Below, one piece after another: positions 39,969 to 50,582 of a stretch of DNA of 64,000 nucleotides. This DNA comes from Acidimicrobiia bacterium (GTDB lineage Bacteria > Actinomycetota > Acidimicrobiia > Acidimicrobiales > Aldehydirespiratoraceae): contig JAUIML010000001.1 of assembly GCA_030432715.1 (NCBI GenBank), positions 4,962 to 68,961 on the forward strand, read 5' to 3'. The position numbers and the translations under genes are program-made. Each line of letters opens with the position of its first letter. Position 1 is the first letter of the stretch. Under the pieces are notes generated by a model, which saw only the letters and a program-made list of their open reading frames with translations, was not told where the DNA came from and did not search any database.

Positions 39969-41585
39969 ATGCGACGGCCTGTGTCACGGCGAACCTTTCT
40001 CGCAGGGACTGCGGGGCTGTTGGCCGCTGCGTGCAGCTCGGGCAACGACGCCACCCCGCCGACGACGAGCAGCACCACTCCGGGCACGACGACGACGCCC
40101 ACCGCGACCGCACCGACCACGGCCACACCGACCACGACGAGCACCCTGGTGCCCACACCGGCGGCCGACCTGGCCGGCGAACCGTTCACACTCGGCGTCG
40201 CGTCCGGCGAACCACTGGCCGACAGCGTCGTACTCTGGACCCGACTCGCCCCCGACCCGGCTGATCCGACCGGGGGAATGCCCGACGAACTGTTCGACGT
40301 CGCCTACGACGTCGCCCGCGACGAGGACTTCACGACGGTCATCGCCTCGGGACTCGCCATCGCCGACTCCGACTACGCCCACTCGGTCCATGTCGAGCCC
40401 GGCGATCTCGAGCCAGCCACGACCTACTTCTACCGATTCCGCATCGGCGAACACGTCAGCCAGACCGGCCGCACCCGTACCCTTCCGGCGGAGGGAACCG
40501 ACCCGTTCCGGTTCGCGCTGACCACCTGTCAGGACCCCCAGTTCGGCGAGTACGCGGCCTGGGCCGACATCGCCGCCGACGACGAGCTCGACGCCGTGAT
40601 CTTCACCGGCGACTACATCTACGAGCTCCCGCCGCTCGACTTCTCGCCCCAGGGCGACGGCCGCCGGATGTGGACGACACCGCCGCCGGCCGACCTCGCC
40701 GGCTTCCGGGCCCGCTATGCCCAGGTGAAGCGGGACCCGTCCCTGCAGGCCGCCCATGCCGCGCTCCCCTTCCTGACGATGTGGGACGACCACGAAATCA
40801 CCGACAACTACTGGGCCGATGGCCCCGGCCAGTTCGACAGCGCCGGTGGCGACTTCGCGGCCCGACGGGCCGCCGCCTACCAGGCGTGGTGGGAACACCA
40901 GCCGGCCCGGGCACCGGCGCCCACTGCTGGTACCCACACGCTGCACCGGTCGGTCCGGGTCGGCGACCTCGCAGAGTTCTTCCTGATCGACACCCGCCAG
41001 TTCGCCGACGAGCCACCCTGTCGCGACACCTCGGCGTTCGACTTCGGAGCGGGGTGCGACGAGCGGGACGACCCCGACCGCACGCTCCTCGGCGACGACC
41101 AAGCCGCCTGGCTGACCGCCGGTCTCCGGACATCGAATGCCCGCTGGACCTCGTTGGTGAGTCCGTCGATGTTCGCCGGTCTCGATGCGCGCGACCCCGG
41201 CGGGGTGGAGCCGAAGTACTACCTCGAGGCGTGGGACGGCTACCCCGCCGAACGCGCACGCGTGGCCGATGCGCTGGCCGACGCACCGAACCCCATCGTG
41301 CTGAGCGGCGACTACCACGCCAGCTTCGTGCTCGACGTCGGTCCCGGCTTCGGCCGAGACGTGATCTGTCCCGAGGTCATGGCGACCGCGATCTCGTCCT
41401 CTCCGTTCGCCACCGACTACACGGCGGCCAACCCGCACGTGCAGTACTTCAACCCCGACAACGGCTACACCCGGTGCACCGTCACCGCCGACCGGTGGCA
41501 GGCCGACTACCGCTCGGTCGGCGACATCTGGAATCCCGCCGATCCCCTCGAGACCGTCGCGTCGTTCGAGTTCCCGGCGCGCTGA
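39969..41585 (+). CDS. phoD: Alkaline phosphatase D family protein (Tat-exported lipoprotein)
   Basis: Tat signal MRRPVSRRTFLAGTAGLLAAAC. Metallophosphatase motifs FTGDYIYE and MWDDHEITDNYW. Confidence 0.9.
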   Translation: MRRPVSRRTFLAGTAGLLAAACSSGNDATPPTTSSTTPGTTTTPTATAPTTATPTTTSTLVPTPAADLAGEPFTLGVASGEPLADSVVLWTRLAPDPADPTGGMPDELFDVAYDVARDEDFTTVIASGLAIADSDYAHSVHVEPGDLEPATTYFYRFRIGEHVSQTGRTRTLPAEGTDPFRFALTTCQDPQFGEYAAWADIAADDELDAVIFTGDYIYELPPLDFSPQGDGRRMWTTPPPADLAGFRARYAQVKRDPSLQAAHAALPFLTMWDDHEITDNYWADGPGQFDSAGGDFAARRAAAYQAWWEHQPARAPAPTAGTHTLHRSVRVGDLAEFFLIDTRQFADEPPCRDTSAFDFGAGCDERDDPDRTLLGDDQAAWLTAGLRTSNARWTSLVSPSMFAGLDARDPGGVEPKYYLEAWDGYPAERARVADALADAPNPIVLSGDYHASFVLDVGPGFGRDVICPEVMATAISSSPFATDYTAANPHVQYFNPDNGYTRCTVTADRWQADYRSVGDIWNPADPLETVASFEFPAR

Positions 41586-41663
41586 CCAGCCGACCCGGTC
41601 GGGGCCGAAGGGGCGCACTCGCCTCGAAAGGTCGGCGCAGGGCGGGACGGGTACCATGTTTCG

Positions 41664-42371
41664 ATGCTCGCCAGTCGATCTCGCCTGCTCGCCGTGGTCC
41701 TCGCCGTGGCGATCTCCGCGCCGGCCTGTGGCGACAGCGAATCCGACGGCCCCGTGCTCGGTGCCTGCGCCGATTCGGTCGTCGCCGACGAACTGGATCG
41801 CTGCAACTATCTGGTGGGCGACTCCACGTTCGCCCTGCTGCTCGCCCACTCGGAAACCCCTGGCAACGCCGACGCCGGATGTGGTTTCCGCGACGATGCC
41901 GGCCTGGTCCGCTCGATGACCGGCGAGAATCCGAACAGCGGTTGCCAGATCGACTGGGAGGCGGACACGCCCGAGCTCGACGACGGCGCCATCATCGTCA
42001 TCGGCGTCTCCATCCACGACGCGATGTGCCGTGCTCCAGCCGACGACCTCGAGGCGATGGACTGTGCCATCGACGCGTCCGTCTACGGCGACGTCGTCGA
42101 GCACTACCGGCCCTTCGGCGACGTCGCGGTGGTCGAAGTGCCGCCCGTCGACGCCGAGGGCAATGCGGGGTTCGCCGAGGTGTCGAACGACCGGCTGGTC
42201 GAGCTGAACCGGCAGGTCGCCCAGACTCTCGGATGCGAACTCATCGGGTACGACGTCAGGCTGGAGTCGCCCCTCTACGACGGGCTGCACTACTTCCCGG
42301 GCGAGTTCACCGAACCCACGGTCATCTCCCTCGTGAACCTCTCGCCCGAGCAGACCTGCGACGCTGGCTGA
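41664..42371 (+). CDS. Lipoprotein, possible SGNH/GDSL-like hydrolase
   Basis: Lipobox LAVAISAPAC. Block-I-like YLVGDST and block-V-like DGLHY. Confidence 0.6.
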   Translation: MLASRSRLLAVVLAVAISAPACGDSESDGPVLGACADSVVADELDRCNYLVGDSTFALLLAHSETPGNADAGCGFRDDAGLVRSMTGENPNSGCQIDWEADTPELDDGAIIVIGVSIHDAMCRAPADDLEAMDCAIDASVYGDVVEHYRPFGDVAVVEVPPVDAEGNAGFAEVSNDRLVELNRQVAQTLGCELIGYDVRLESPLYDGLHYFPGEFTEPTVISLVNLSPEQTCDAG

Positions 42372-42429
42372 TCGGCGCCGGAGCGCCCGACCCGAGCCTG
42401 CTACGGTTCGGACCTCAGCCGCCGGTACG

Positions 42430-43842
42430 GTGCGCACCATGCCCCGTGCCCGCGCCCCGATCGTGATGGCGGTCGCGCTCCTGGCCACGGCGTGTGCCCC
42501 CGGACCCGGCCTCGCCGAGTCCGAGCCGACGCCGATCCCGACGACCAGCACCGCACCGCCGACGACCACCACGACGGCGCCCGACCCCTTCGCACCCGGA
42601 CCGGGCCTCGGGCCGGAGACACCCCAGATCGCCCCCCTCGACCTGTTCCCGGTGGCCCCCGAGGAACTCCCGCCGCTCGACCGGGTCGAAGGGGTCATCG
42701 CCTTCCACGGCGCCGACGCGGCGATCCGCAGCGGTCGCTCGACCACCGATCTCGACACGGGCACGCTGCCGGCCCAGCCGACCTGGTCGCGTGACGGCAG
42801 CCTCCTGGCCCTGGTATCGCTCGAGGGCCGCCAGGCCGAGATCGACATCTACGACGGAGCAACGGGCACGCTCGTCGCCGGCGCACCGACCGACCGGCTC
42901 TACTTCTTCCTCAGCTGGAGCCACGACGGCAGCCGCATCGCCGCGCTCGGGCCGGGCACCGGCGACAACGGTGAACCGCAGACGGTGCTCGACATCCTCG
43001 ATGCTGATGGGGCGGTGCTCCACGCCGATGCCGCGGCCGCCGAGTCACTGTTCGTCGCCTGGGATCCGGACCAGCCTCGCCTCGCCGCCCACGCCGACGA
43101 CCGACTGCTTCGCATCGACGCCGACGGCACGGCCAGCGACCTGGGCGCCGTCGGCACCGGCTTCTTCGCTCCGAAGTGGATCCCGTTCTCCGACGAGGTC
43201 CTCCTGACCACCGACATCGAGGGCTCCGCCTTCCTCGTACGTCGCAGCATCGACGGCCAGGACACCCTCCGGAGCCTCGGCCCGGCGGAGGCGGAGATGG
43301 GAATCTCGGTCAATCCCGTCGGCGACGTCGCGGCGGTTTCGCAACGCTTCGACGTGGAGAACGACCCGGCCGCCGAGCGCATCGCCCTCCCCTTCCTCCC
43401 GCAGACGGGCACGACCCGGTCCGGATCGGTCGAGATCGTCGACCTCGCGACCGGCGACCGGACGGAGGTGTTCACCGGCTTCACCCTCTGGACCGAATGG
43501 AACCCGCAGGGCACACATCTCCTCATCTACGAGGCCGACGTCGCAGCCGGCACCGGCACCTGGTGGGCGTACGAGCACCGACCCGGGCTCGAGCCGTTGC
43601 CGGCCACCGAGATCGCGACATTCGAACCGACCCCGATCTTCCTGCGCTCCTACCTCGTGTTCGGCGACCAGTTCATCGAGAGCCCCCGACTCTGGTCGCC
43701 CGACGGCACCGAATTCGTCTACGCCGAACTCACCGACACCGGCTCACTGATCCGCACCTCCGGCGTGGACGGGGTCGACCAACCCACCGCGATCGGCACC
43801 GGTGAAGCGGGCTTCTGGAGTCCCCTGCCCCCCGCCCGTTAG
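42430..43842 (+). CDS. Lipoprotein with TolB/PD40-like beta-propeller repeats
   Basis: Lipobox MAVALLATAC and a Pro/Thr linker. Recurrent W-S-x-D-G-x-x-(I/L)-A motifs (TWSRDGSLLAL, SWSHDGSRIAAL, LWSPDGTEFVY). Confidence 0.65.
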   Translation: MRTMPRARAPIVMAVALLATACAPGPGLAESEPTPIPTTSTAPPTTTTTAPDPFAPGPGLGPETPQIAPLDLFPVAPEELPPLDRVEGVIAFHGADAAIRSGRSTTDLDTGTLPAQPTWSRDGSLLALVSLEGRQAEIDIYDGATGTLVAGAPTDRLYFFLSWSHDGSRIAALGPGTGDNGEPQTVLDILDADGAVLHADAAAAESLFVAWDPDQPRLAAHADDRLLRIDADGTASDLGAVGTGFFAPKWIPFSDEVLLTTDIEGSAFLVRRSIDGQDTLRSLGPAEAEMGISVNPVGDVAAVSQRFDVENDPAAERIALPFLPQTGTTRSGSVEIVDLATGDRTEVFTGFTLWTEWNPQGTHLLIYEADVAAGTGTWWAYEHRPGLEPLPATEIATFEPTPIFLRSYLVFGDQFIESPRLWSPDGTEFVYAELTDTGSLIRTSGVDGVDQPTAIGTGEAGFWSPLPPAR

Positions 43843-43852
43843 CCTGCGCCCC

Positions 43853-44290
43853 GTGAACCTCCAAGAACTCTCCGACCGACTCGAGATCACCGACCTCCTG
43901 ACCCGCTACGCCCGCGCGGTCGACCGCAAGGACTGGGATCTCTTCCGCCAGGTGTTCACCGCCGACGCCGAACTCGACTACACCTCCGCCGGCGGAATCG
44001 CCGGCGACCTCGACACCCAGGTCGAATGGCTGGCCGAAGCCCTCGCCCAGTTCCCGGCCACCCAACACATGGTCGCCAACGTCGGCATCGAGTTCACCGG
44101 CGACGACACCGCCACGGTCGAGGCGATGTTCCACAACCCGATGGTCATGCCCGACAAGTCGGCGTGGGTCACCGGCGGTTGGTACCACCACGACGTGAAG
44201 CGGACGGCCGACGGATGGCGCAGCGTGAAACTCCGCGAGGAGTCGGCCTACTTCTCGGGCATGCCGAGCGACCTCGACCGGCCCGAGTGA
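43853..44290 (+). CDS. SnoaL-like / NTF2-fold protein
   Basis: LEITDLLTRYARAVDRKDWDLFRQVFTADAELDY is typical of the SnoaL_4 family. GTG start chosen. Confidence 0.75.
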   Translation: MNLQELSDRLEITDLLTRYARAVDRKDWDLFRQVFTADAELDYTSAGGIAGDLDTQVEWLAEALAQFPATQHMVANVGIEFTGDDTATVEAMFHNPMVMPDKSAWVTGGWYHHDVKRTADGWRSVKLREESAYFSGMPSDLDRPE

Positions 44291-44300
44291 GCACCCGTCG

Positions 44301-45044
44301 ATGAGCGCGGAGGACCGCGTCGGCCGCGACAAGGCCCGCATCGACGAGTGGATCCGCTACGCCGAGACGAGTGGCGAGACCCCCGCGATCGATGCCGCCA
44401 CGGTCGTCGTGCTCCGCGACGGCGATGCCGGCCTCGAAACCCTCATGCTGCGACGCAACTCGAAGATCGCGTTCGGCGGCATGTGGGTGTTTCCCGGCGG
44501 CCGGGTCGACGACGCCGACCGCCACGCGGCACCCGACCCGCTCGAGGCCGCCCGGATCGCGGCGGCGCGAGAAGCAGCCGAAGAGGCCGCGCTGGCGATT
44601 CCGCCCCGCGAACTCGTGATGTTCGCCCATTGGATCCCGCCACCCATCGCGCCGAAGCGCTACGCCACCTGGTTCTTCGCGGCCGGCGTGAGCGATCGCG
44701 ACCACACGATCGACGACGGTGAGATCGTCGAGAGCGATTGGATGACGCCCGAGGAATGCCTGGGCCGACACCACGAAGGCGAGATCGAACTCGCGCCCCC
44801 GACCTGGGTCACCCTCCACACCATGCGCGCCCACGATCGCGTCGAGGCTGCGCTCGAGTGGCTCGCCGGCCGTCCGGCCCGTCACCACGCCACGCGAATC
44901 GGCCGCAGCGACGCCGGTCCCGTCGCGATGTGGGCCGGCGATGCCGGATACGAGACGACCGACCCGTCGGTCGAGGGTCCGCGCCACCGGCTCGAGATGT
45001 TCGCCGAGGGCTACCGCTACGACGACTCCGGAGTCGCCGAGTGA
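44301..45044 (+). CDS. NUDIX hydrolase
   Basis: Nudix box GGRVDD...AAAREAAEEAAL (GX5EX7REXXEE-like). Confidence 0.85.
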   Translation: MSAEDRVGRDKARIDEWIRYAETSGETPAIDAATVVVLRDGDAGLETLMLRRNSKIAFGGMWVFPGGRVDDADRHAAPDPLEAARIAAAREAAEEAALAIPPRELVMFAHWIPPPIAPKRYATWFFAAGVSDRDHTIDDGEIVESDWMTPEECLGRHHEGEIELAPPTWVTLHTMRAHDRVEAALEWLAGRPARHHATRIGRSDAGPVAMWAGDAGYETTDPSVEGPRHRLEMFAEGYRYDDSGVAE

Positions 45045-47359
45045 CCACCGCGCCCACGGGCCTGACCGCAGCCGAGGTCGACGAACGGATCGAGGATGGT
45101 CGGGTCAACGACGTGCCCGACGCCCCCGTCCGGTCGCTGTCACAGATCGTCCGGGCCAACGTCTTCACCCCCGTGAACGCGATCATCGGCTCGCTCTTCG
45201 TGCTGATCCTCATCGCCGGTTACCCGGCCGACGCGCTGTTCGCCGGCGTGGTCGTCTCCAACAGTGTGATCGGCATCGCCCAGGAGCTCCAGGCCCGCCG
45301 CACCCTCAACGCCCTCGCCGTGCTGAGCGCCCCGCAGGCCCGCGTGCGGCGCGACGACAAGGTCGCCGAGATCGGCGTGAGCGGCGTGGTGGCCGACGAC
45401 CTTCTCGAGATCGAGCCCGGCGACCAGATCGTGGTCGATGGCATCGTCACCGCAGCCTTCGGTCTCGAGATCGACGAGTCGCTGCTCACCGGCGAGGCCG
45501 ACCCCGTCGAGAAGCAACCCGGCGACGAGGTGCTCTCGGGCTCGTTCGTGTCCGCGGGGTCGGGCGCCTACCAGGCGACCCACGTCGGCGCCGATTCGTA
45601 CGCGGCCAAGCTCTCCGAGGAAGCCCGACGCTTCGAGCTGGCCGGAAGCGAGCTGCGCCGGGGCGTCAACCAGATCCTCAAGTGGCTCCAGATCATCATC
45701 CCGCCGGCCGCCGTCCTGCTGCTCCTGCGCCAGCTCGACACCGAGGATCGCTGGCAGGACGCACTCCAGGCCACCGTGGCGGCGGCGGTGGCGATGGTGC
45801 CCGACGGCCTGGTGCTGCTCACCAGCCTCAGCTTCATCACCGGGGTGATCGCCCTGGCCCGGCGCCAGGCCCTCGCCAAGGAACTGGCCTCGGTCGAGCT
45901 CCTGGCCCGCGTCGACACGCTCTGCCTCGACAAGACCGGCACCATCACCACCGGCGAGATCTCGCTCGGCATGGTCGAGCCGCTCGGCGACCACACCGCG
46001 GCCGAGGCCGCCACCGCCCTGGGGGCCATGGGTGCTGCCGATCCCGCGCCCAACGCGACCCTCGCGGCCATCGTGGCCAACCATCCCGACCCGGGGTGGA
46101 CGATCGGCGAGAACCTGCCGTTCTCCTCGGCCCGCAAGTGGGCGGGGGCCGACTTCGCCGACCAGGGCGTCTATTACCTGGGGGCGCCCGACATCCTCTT
46201 CGACGACGATGACGACGAGGCCCGGGCCCGCGCCGATGCCGCAGCCGCGGCCGGCACCCGTGTCCTGCTGCTGACCCGAGCCGACGGTGAATGGACGGAC
46301 GACGTCCTCCCGGCCCAGCGCCACCCGGTCGCGCTGGTCCACCTGGAGGACACGGTGCGTCCCGACGGGCCGGAGATCTTCGCCTTCTTTCGCGACCAGG
46401 GGGTCGCCCTCAAGGTCATCTCCGGCGACAACCCGGCCACGGTCGCCGCCGTGGCCCGACGGGCCGGGATCGAGGGCGCCGACGCGTTCGTCGACGCCCG
46501 GTCGCTCCCCGAGGACCACGAAGGCCTCGCCGACGTGCTGGAGACCACGACCGTGTTCGGCCGCGTCACGCCCCACCAGAAGCGGGCGATGGTCCATGCC
46601 CTGCAATCCCGAGGGCGCACGGTCGCCATGACCGGCGACGGGGTCAACGACGTCCTCGCCCTGAAAGACGCCGACATGGGCATCGCGATGGGCGCCGGGT
46701 CGTCGTCGACCCGGGCCGTTGCCCAGCTGGTGCTGCTCGACAACAAGTTCTCGACGCTCCCCCGGGTGTTGGCCGAGGGCCGTCGCGTGATCAACAACAT
46801 CGAGCGGGTCGCCAACCTGTTCATCACGAAGGCGGCCTACGCGGTCCTGCTGACCGCCCTGGTCGGCATCGCCGGCTCGCCCTTCCCCTTCCTGCCCCGT
46901 CAGCTCACCTTGATCGGCACGTTCTCGATCGGCGTGCCGGGCTTCTTCCTCGCCCTCGCCCCCAACGAGGCACTCGTGCGGCCCGGCTTCCTCACCAGGG
47001 TCCTGCGCTTCTCGATACCGGCCGGCGCGGTCGCGGGCGCGGTCACCTTCGGCCTCTACGAGATCGTGCGCCGCATGGACGACGTCTCCATCACCGAAGC
47101 CCGCACCGCGGCGACCGCGACCCTGCTGCTGCTGGGACTCGTGATCCTCCTGCTCATCAGTCGCCCGTGGAAGCCCTGGAAGGCCGGCCTCGCAGCGGCG
47201 ATGGCCACGTGCTACGTGCTCGTGATGGTCTGGCCCTTCGCCCGCGAGTACTTCGAGCTCGACCTGCCCACCGCAGCCGCCTGGGGGGTCGTCGCCGGGG
47301 CGAGCGCCCTCGGCGCCGTGGGCATCTGGCTGGCCACCAGAGTGTTCACCAGCGACTGA
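45041..47359 (+). CDS. Cation-transporting P-type ATPase (HAD-IC, CtpE-like)
   Basis: LCLDKTGTITTGE phosphorylation site, LTGEADPV, MTGDGVNDVLALKDAD hinge. The GTG overlaps the NUDIX stop (GTGA). Confidence 0.92.
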   Translation: MTTAPTGLTAAEVDERIEDGRVNDVPDAPVRSLSQIVRANVFTPVNAIIGSLFVLILIAGYPADALFAGVVVSNSVIGIAQELQARRTLNALAVLSAPQARVRRDDKVAEIGVSGVVADDLLEIEPGDQIVVDGIVTAAFGLEIDESLLTGEADPVEKQPGDEVLSGSFVSAGSGAYQATHVGADSYAAKLSEEARRFELAGSELRRGVNQILKWLQIIIPPAAVLLLLRQLDTEDRWQDALQATVAAAVAMVPDGLVLLTSLSFITGVIALARRQALAKELASVELLARVDTLCLDKTGTITTGEISLGMVEPLGDHTAAEAATALGAMGAADPAPNATLAAIVANHPDPGWTIGENLPFSSARKWAGADFADQGVYYLGAPDILFDDDDDEARARADAAAAAGTRVLLLTRADGEWTDDVLPAQRHPVALVHLEDTVRPDGPEIFAFFRDQGVALKVISGDNPATVAAVARRAGIEGADAFVDARSLPEDHEGLADVLETTTVFGRVTPHQKRAMVHALQSRGRTVAMTGDGVNDVLALKDADMGIAMGAGSSSTRAVAQLVLLDNKFSTLPRVLAEGRRVINNIERVANLFITKAAYAVLLTALVGIAGSPFPFLPRQLTLIGTFSIGVPGFFLALAPNEALVRPGFLTRVLRFSIPAGAVAGAVTFGLYEIVRRMDDVSITEARTAATATLLLLGLVILLLISRPWKPWKAGLAAAMATCYVLVMVWPFAREYFELDLPTAAAWGVVAGASALGAVGIWLATRVFTSD

Positions 47360-47380
47360 CGCGCCCTAGTCTCGGCGACG

Positions 47381-48220
47381 ATGCCCACGCCCACCGTGCA
47401 CGACGACTTCGAGGATCTCCGTGTCGACCTCCACGACCGGGTCGCCGTGCTCACCCTCGACCGGCCCGATCACCTCAACGCGTTCTCCGGGGCGATGGGT
47501 CGCAGCCTGACCACAGCGCTGCGGGCGGCCGACACCGACGATTCGATCCGGGTGGTGATCCTCACCGGCGCGGGTCGGGCCTTCTGCGCGGGCGCCGACT
47601 TCTCCGGCGGTTCCGGCGTGTTCGGCGCGCCGACGAAGGACACGTTCTCGTCGGACCCCCTCGACGACTTCCATCCGTGGGACGTGCGCAAGCCGGTGAT
47701 CGCGGCCATCAACGGCCACGCCGTCGGCCTCGGCCTGACGATGACGTTGCAGTGCGACATCCGCATCGTCGCCGACGACGCCAAGCTCGGCATCGTCCAG
47801 ACCCGCCGCGGCATCCTCCCCGACCTGCACTCGCACTGGACGCTGCCCCGGATCGTCGGCCACGCCCGAGCCACCGAGCTCCTGCTCACGGGCCGCATGT
47901 TCCGCGGCAACGACGCCCTCGAATGGGGCCTGGCCACCGAGGCGCTCCCGGCCGAGCAGGTGTTGCCCCGGGCGCTCGAGCTCGCCCACGAGATCGCGAC
48001 CCACACGGCACCGATCTCGGTCGGTGCGTCGAAGCGGCTGCTCTGGATGCACGCCCCGCCGCCCGATCGGGTCAACGACCTCGAGCGCGACATCCACCTC
48101 CACCTGATGGGGACGGCCGACTCCCGAGAGGGCGTGATGGCGTACATGGAGAAGCGCGACCCGCAGTGGTCGCTGACGATGAGCGAGGACTGGCCCGCAT
48201 GGCTCGACGACACGCCCTGA
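47381..48220 (+). CDS. Enoyl-CoA hydratase/isomerase (crotonase) family protein
   Basis: VVILTGAGRAFCAGADF and KPVIAAINGHAVGLGLTM. Confidence 0.9.
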   Translation: MPTPTVHDDFEDLRVDLHDRVAVLTLDRPDHLNAFSGAMGRSLTTALRAADTDDSIRVVILTGAGRAFCAGADFSGGSGVFGAPTKDTFSSDPLDDFHPWDVRKPVIAAINGHAVGLGLTMTLQCDIRIVADDAKLGIVQTRRGILPDLHSHWTLPRIVGHARATELLLTGRMFRGNDALEWGLATEALPAEQVLPRALELAHEIATHTAPISVGASKRLLWMHAPPPDRVNDLERDIHLHLMGTADSREGVMAYMEKRDPQWSLTMSEDWPAWLDDTP

Positions 48221-48867
48221 TCGTGGGGGCCGGCGACCCGGCCGATGCCGTCGCGGTCGGACTCGAGGCCCGGGGCTGGGCCGTGACGCGGATGGCCGAC
48301 GACACGCTCGAGTGGACCGACGACACGGTGGACAGCCGACTCCCCGGTCGGGACCCCATCGACCTCGTGGTGCACGCCCGCTACCCGGCCCCCGCCCGTC
48401 GCCGTTCGGCACTCGTCGACCTCTCCGACGAGGACTGGTACCGGATGGCCGACGAGCCCCTCGAGGCCGCGGTGCGCCTGGCCCGGTCGGCCCACGCGGA
48501 CCTGGCGGCAACATCGGGGACGATGGTCTTCCTGGTGCCGCTGATGGCATCGGCGGGCGGCGACGGCTTTGCGCCGATGGCGACGGCGGCCGAGGGCATC
48601 CGGATCATGGCCAAGTCGCTGGCCAAGACATGGGGCCACGACGGCATCCGGGTCCACGCCCTCACCCTCGATCCGTCGGCGTTTCTCGCGGAGGCCGACG
48701 CCGCCGGGATGGCGGAGGCCAACTCCCTGCACGACCCGCCGCTGGGGCGGGTCCCCGACCTCGCCGCCGAGGTCGCCCCGATCGTCGACGCCCTCGCCGG
48801 CGACGACTTCGCGTCACTGGTCGGCGCCTCCCTGGTGGTCGACGGCGGACTCTGGATGCCGGGATGA
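48199..48867 (+). CDS. Atypical SDR-like oxidoreductase
   Basis: N-terminal ALIVGAGDPADAV Rossmann-like segment and C-terminal GASLVVDGGLWMPG. No clear YxxxK. It overlaps the crotonase 3' end by 22 nt. Confidence 0.55.
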   Translation: MARRHALIVGAGDPADAVAVGLEARGWAVTRMADDTLEWTDDTVDSRLPGRDPIDLVVHARYPAPARRRSALVDLSDEDWYRMADEPLEAAVRLARSAHADLAATSGTMVFLVPLMASAGGDGFAPMATAAEGIRIMAKSLAKTWGHDGIRVHALTLDPSAFLAEADAAGMAEANSLHDPPLGRVPDLAAEVAPIVDALAGDDFASLVGASLVVDGGLWMPG

Positions 48868-49676
48868 GCGAGCACGAGATGAACGACATTCCCACTCCCC
48901 CACTCCCGCCCGTCGACGGGCTCCTCTCCGGCCGCGTCGCCATCGTCACCGGCGCCGGCCAGGGTGTCGGCGAGGGCATCGCCGCATCGATGGCCCGGGC
49001 CGGTGCCACGGTGCTGCTCGCCGCCCGCCGGGCCGAGACGGGCGAGCCGGCTGCCGAGCGGATCCGGGCCGCCGGCGGCAACGCCGAGTTCGTGCGGTGC
49101 GACGTCACCGTGCCGGCCGATGTCGAGGCCGCAGTGGCCGGAGCCGTCGAGCGCCACGGGCGCCTCGACACGATGGTCCACAACGCCGTCTCGCCGCCCG
49201 GCGCCCCACGAGCGATCCAGGACATCGACGACGAGACGATCGACCTCCAGATCGCCACCAGCACCACCGCGTCGTTCTATTGCGCAAGGGCCGCGTTCCC
49301 CCACCTGCGAGCCGACTACGGCTCACTGATCCTGCTCACGTCCCCGGCCGGGATCGAAGGCAGTGGCAACCTCCCCCTCTACGGCACCATCAAGGGAGCG
49401 CAGCGCGGCCTCCTCAAGAGCCTGGCCCTCGAGTGGGGTCCCGCCGGCGTGCGCGTCAACGCCATCGCCCCGGTGGCGTGGACACCGGCGATGGACGTGG
49501 CCACCGAGGCGAACCCGACGCTCGAGGCCCGCCTGCGGGCCCGCACCCCGCTCCAGCGCATCGGTGACCCGACCGACGACATCGGGCCCGTGGCCGTCTT
49601 CCTCGCCTCTCCGCTCTCACGGCACATGACCGGCCAGACCCTCGCGGTCGACGGCGGCCGCTACCTGGGTCTCTGA
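48864..49676 (+). CDS. SDR-family oxidoreductase
   Basis: VAIVTGAGQGVGEG, YGTIK (YxxxK), GQTLAVDGG. The ATG overlaps the upstream stop. Confidence 0.9.
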   Translation: MSEHEMNDIPTPPLPPVDGLLSGRVAIVTGAGQGVGEGIAASMARAGATVLLAARRAETGEPAAERIRAAGGNAEFVRCDVTVPADVEAAVAGAVERHGRLDTMVHNAVSPPGAPRAIQDIDDETIDLQIATSTTASFYCARAAFPHLRADYGSLILLTSPAGIEGSGNLPLYGTIKGAQRGLLKSLALEWGPAGVRVNAIAPVAWTPAMDVATEANPTLEARLRARTPLQRIGDPTDDIGPVAVFLASPLSRHMTGQTLAVDGGRYLGL

Positions 49677-49698
49677 GTCGAGCGCCGGCGGACACTCC

Positions 49699-50562
49699 AT
49701 GGCCAGCGTCCATCTCCTGATCAGCCCCGAAGCCGGACGGGGACGGGCGGCGAAGGCCCGAGACGCCGTCCTCGAGACGATGCGAGCAGCCGGCCACTCC
49801 CCCGTCGATCTCACGGGCGAAACCGCGGCGGCCAGCGCCGCGGCAGCACGCGCGGCAGTCGCCGACGGGGCCGAGCGACTCGTCGTCGTCGGCGGCGACG
49901 GACTCGTCCACCTCGCCCTCCAGACGGTGGCCTCGACCGAGACCGTGCTCGGGGTGGTGCCGGTCGGCACCGGCAACGACTTCGCCCGCGGTCTCGGGCT
50001 TCCCGACGACCCCGTCGAAGCGACCCGTGTCGCCCTCGGCGAACCGCGGCCCACCGACGCCATCCGCTCCGACGCGGGGTGGGTCGCGTCGGTCGCCACC
50101 GCCGGCTTCTCGGGCGACGTCAACGGGCGAGCCAATCGGCTGCGGTTCCCGCGCGGGCCGTCCCGCTACACGGTGGCGACCCTTCTCGAACTCCCGACGC
50201 TGCGGGTCCGCCCCGTGGCTGTCACCGTCGACGGCACGACCCACGAGTTCGACGCGGCCCTGCTCGCCGTCGCCAACACCGGGTGGTTCGGCGGTGGAAT
50301 GCAGATCTCGCCCGACGCCGACCCCGACGACGGCCGACTCGACGTGACGGTGGTCGGTGCGGTGGGTCGAGTCGAACTGCTCCGGTTCTTCCGGCTCGTC
50401 TTCGGCGGTCGCCACATGACCCACCCGAAGGTGCACGGCCTCCAGGGCCGGCAGATCACGATCGAAGCCGACGATCTCGCGCTGTGGGGTGACGGGGAGA
50501 CCCTCGGGCGCACGCCGTCCACACTCGAGGCGGTGCCCGGCGCGCTGCGCCTGGCCCGCTGA
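49699..50562 (+). CDS. Diacylglycerol-kinase-family lipid kinase (YegS-like)
   Basis: VVVGGDGLVHLAL and VPVGTGNDFARGLG. Confidence 0.88.
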   Translation: MASVHLLISPEAGRGRAAKARDAVLETMRAAGHSPVDLTGETAAASAAAARAAVADGAERLVVVGGDGLVHLALQTVASTETVLGVVPVGTGNDFARGLGLPDDPVEATRVALGEPRPTDAIRSDAGWVASVATAGFSGDVNGRANRLRFPRGPSRYTVATLLELPTLRVRPVAVTVDGTTHEFDAALLAVANTGWFGGGMQISPDADPDDGRLDVTVVGAVGRVELLRFFRLVFGGRHMTHPKVHGLQGRQITIEADDLALWGDGETLGRTPSTLEAVPGALRLAR

Positions 50563-50582
50563 CCGCCGTCACCCGGCCGGAG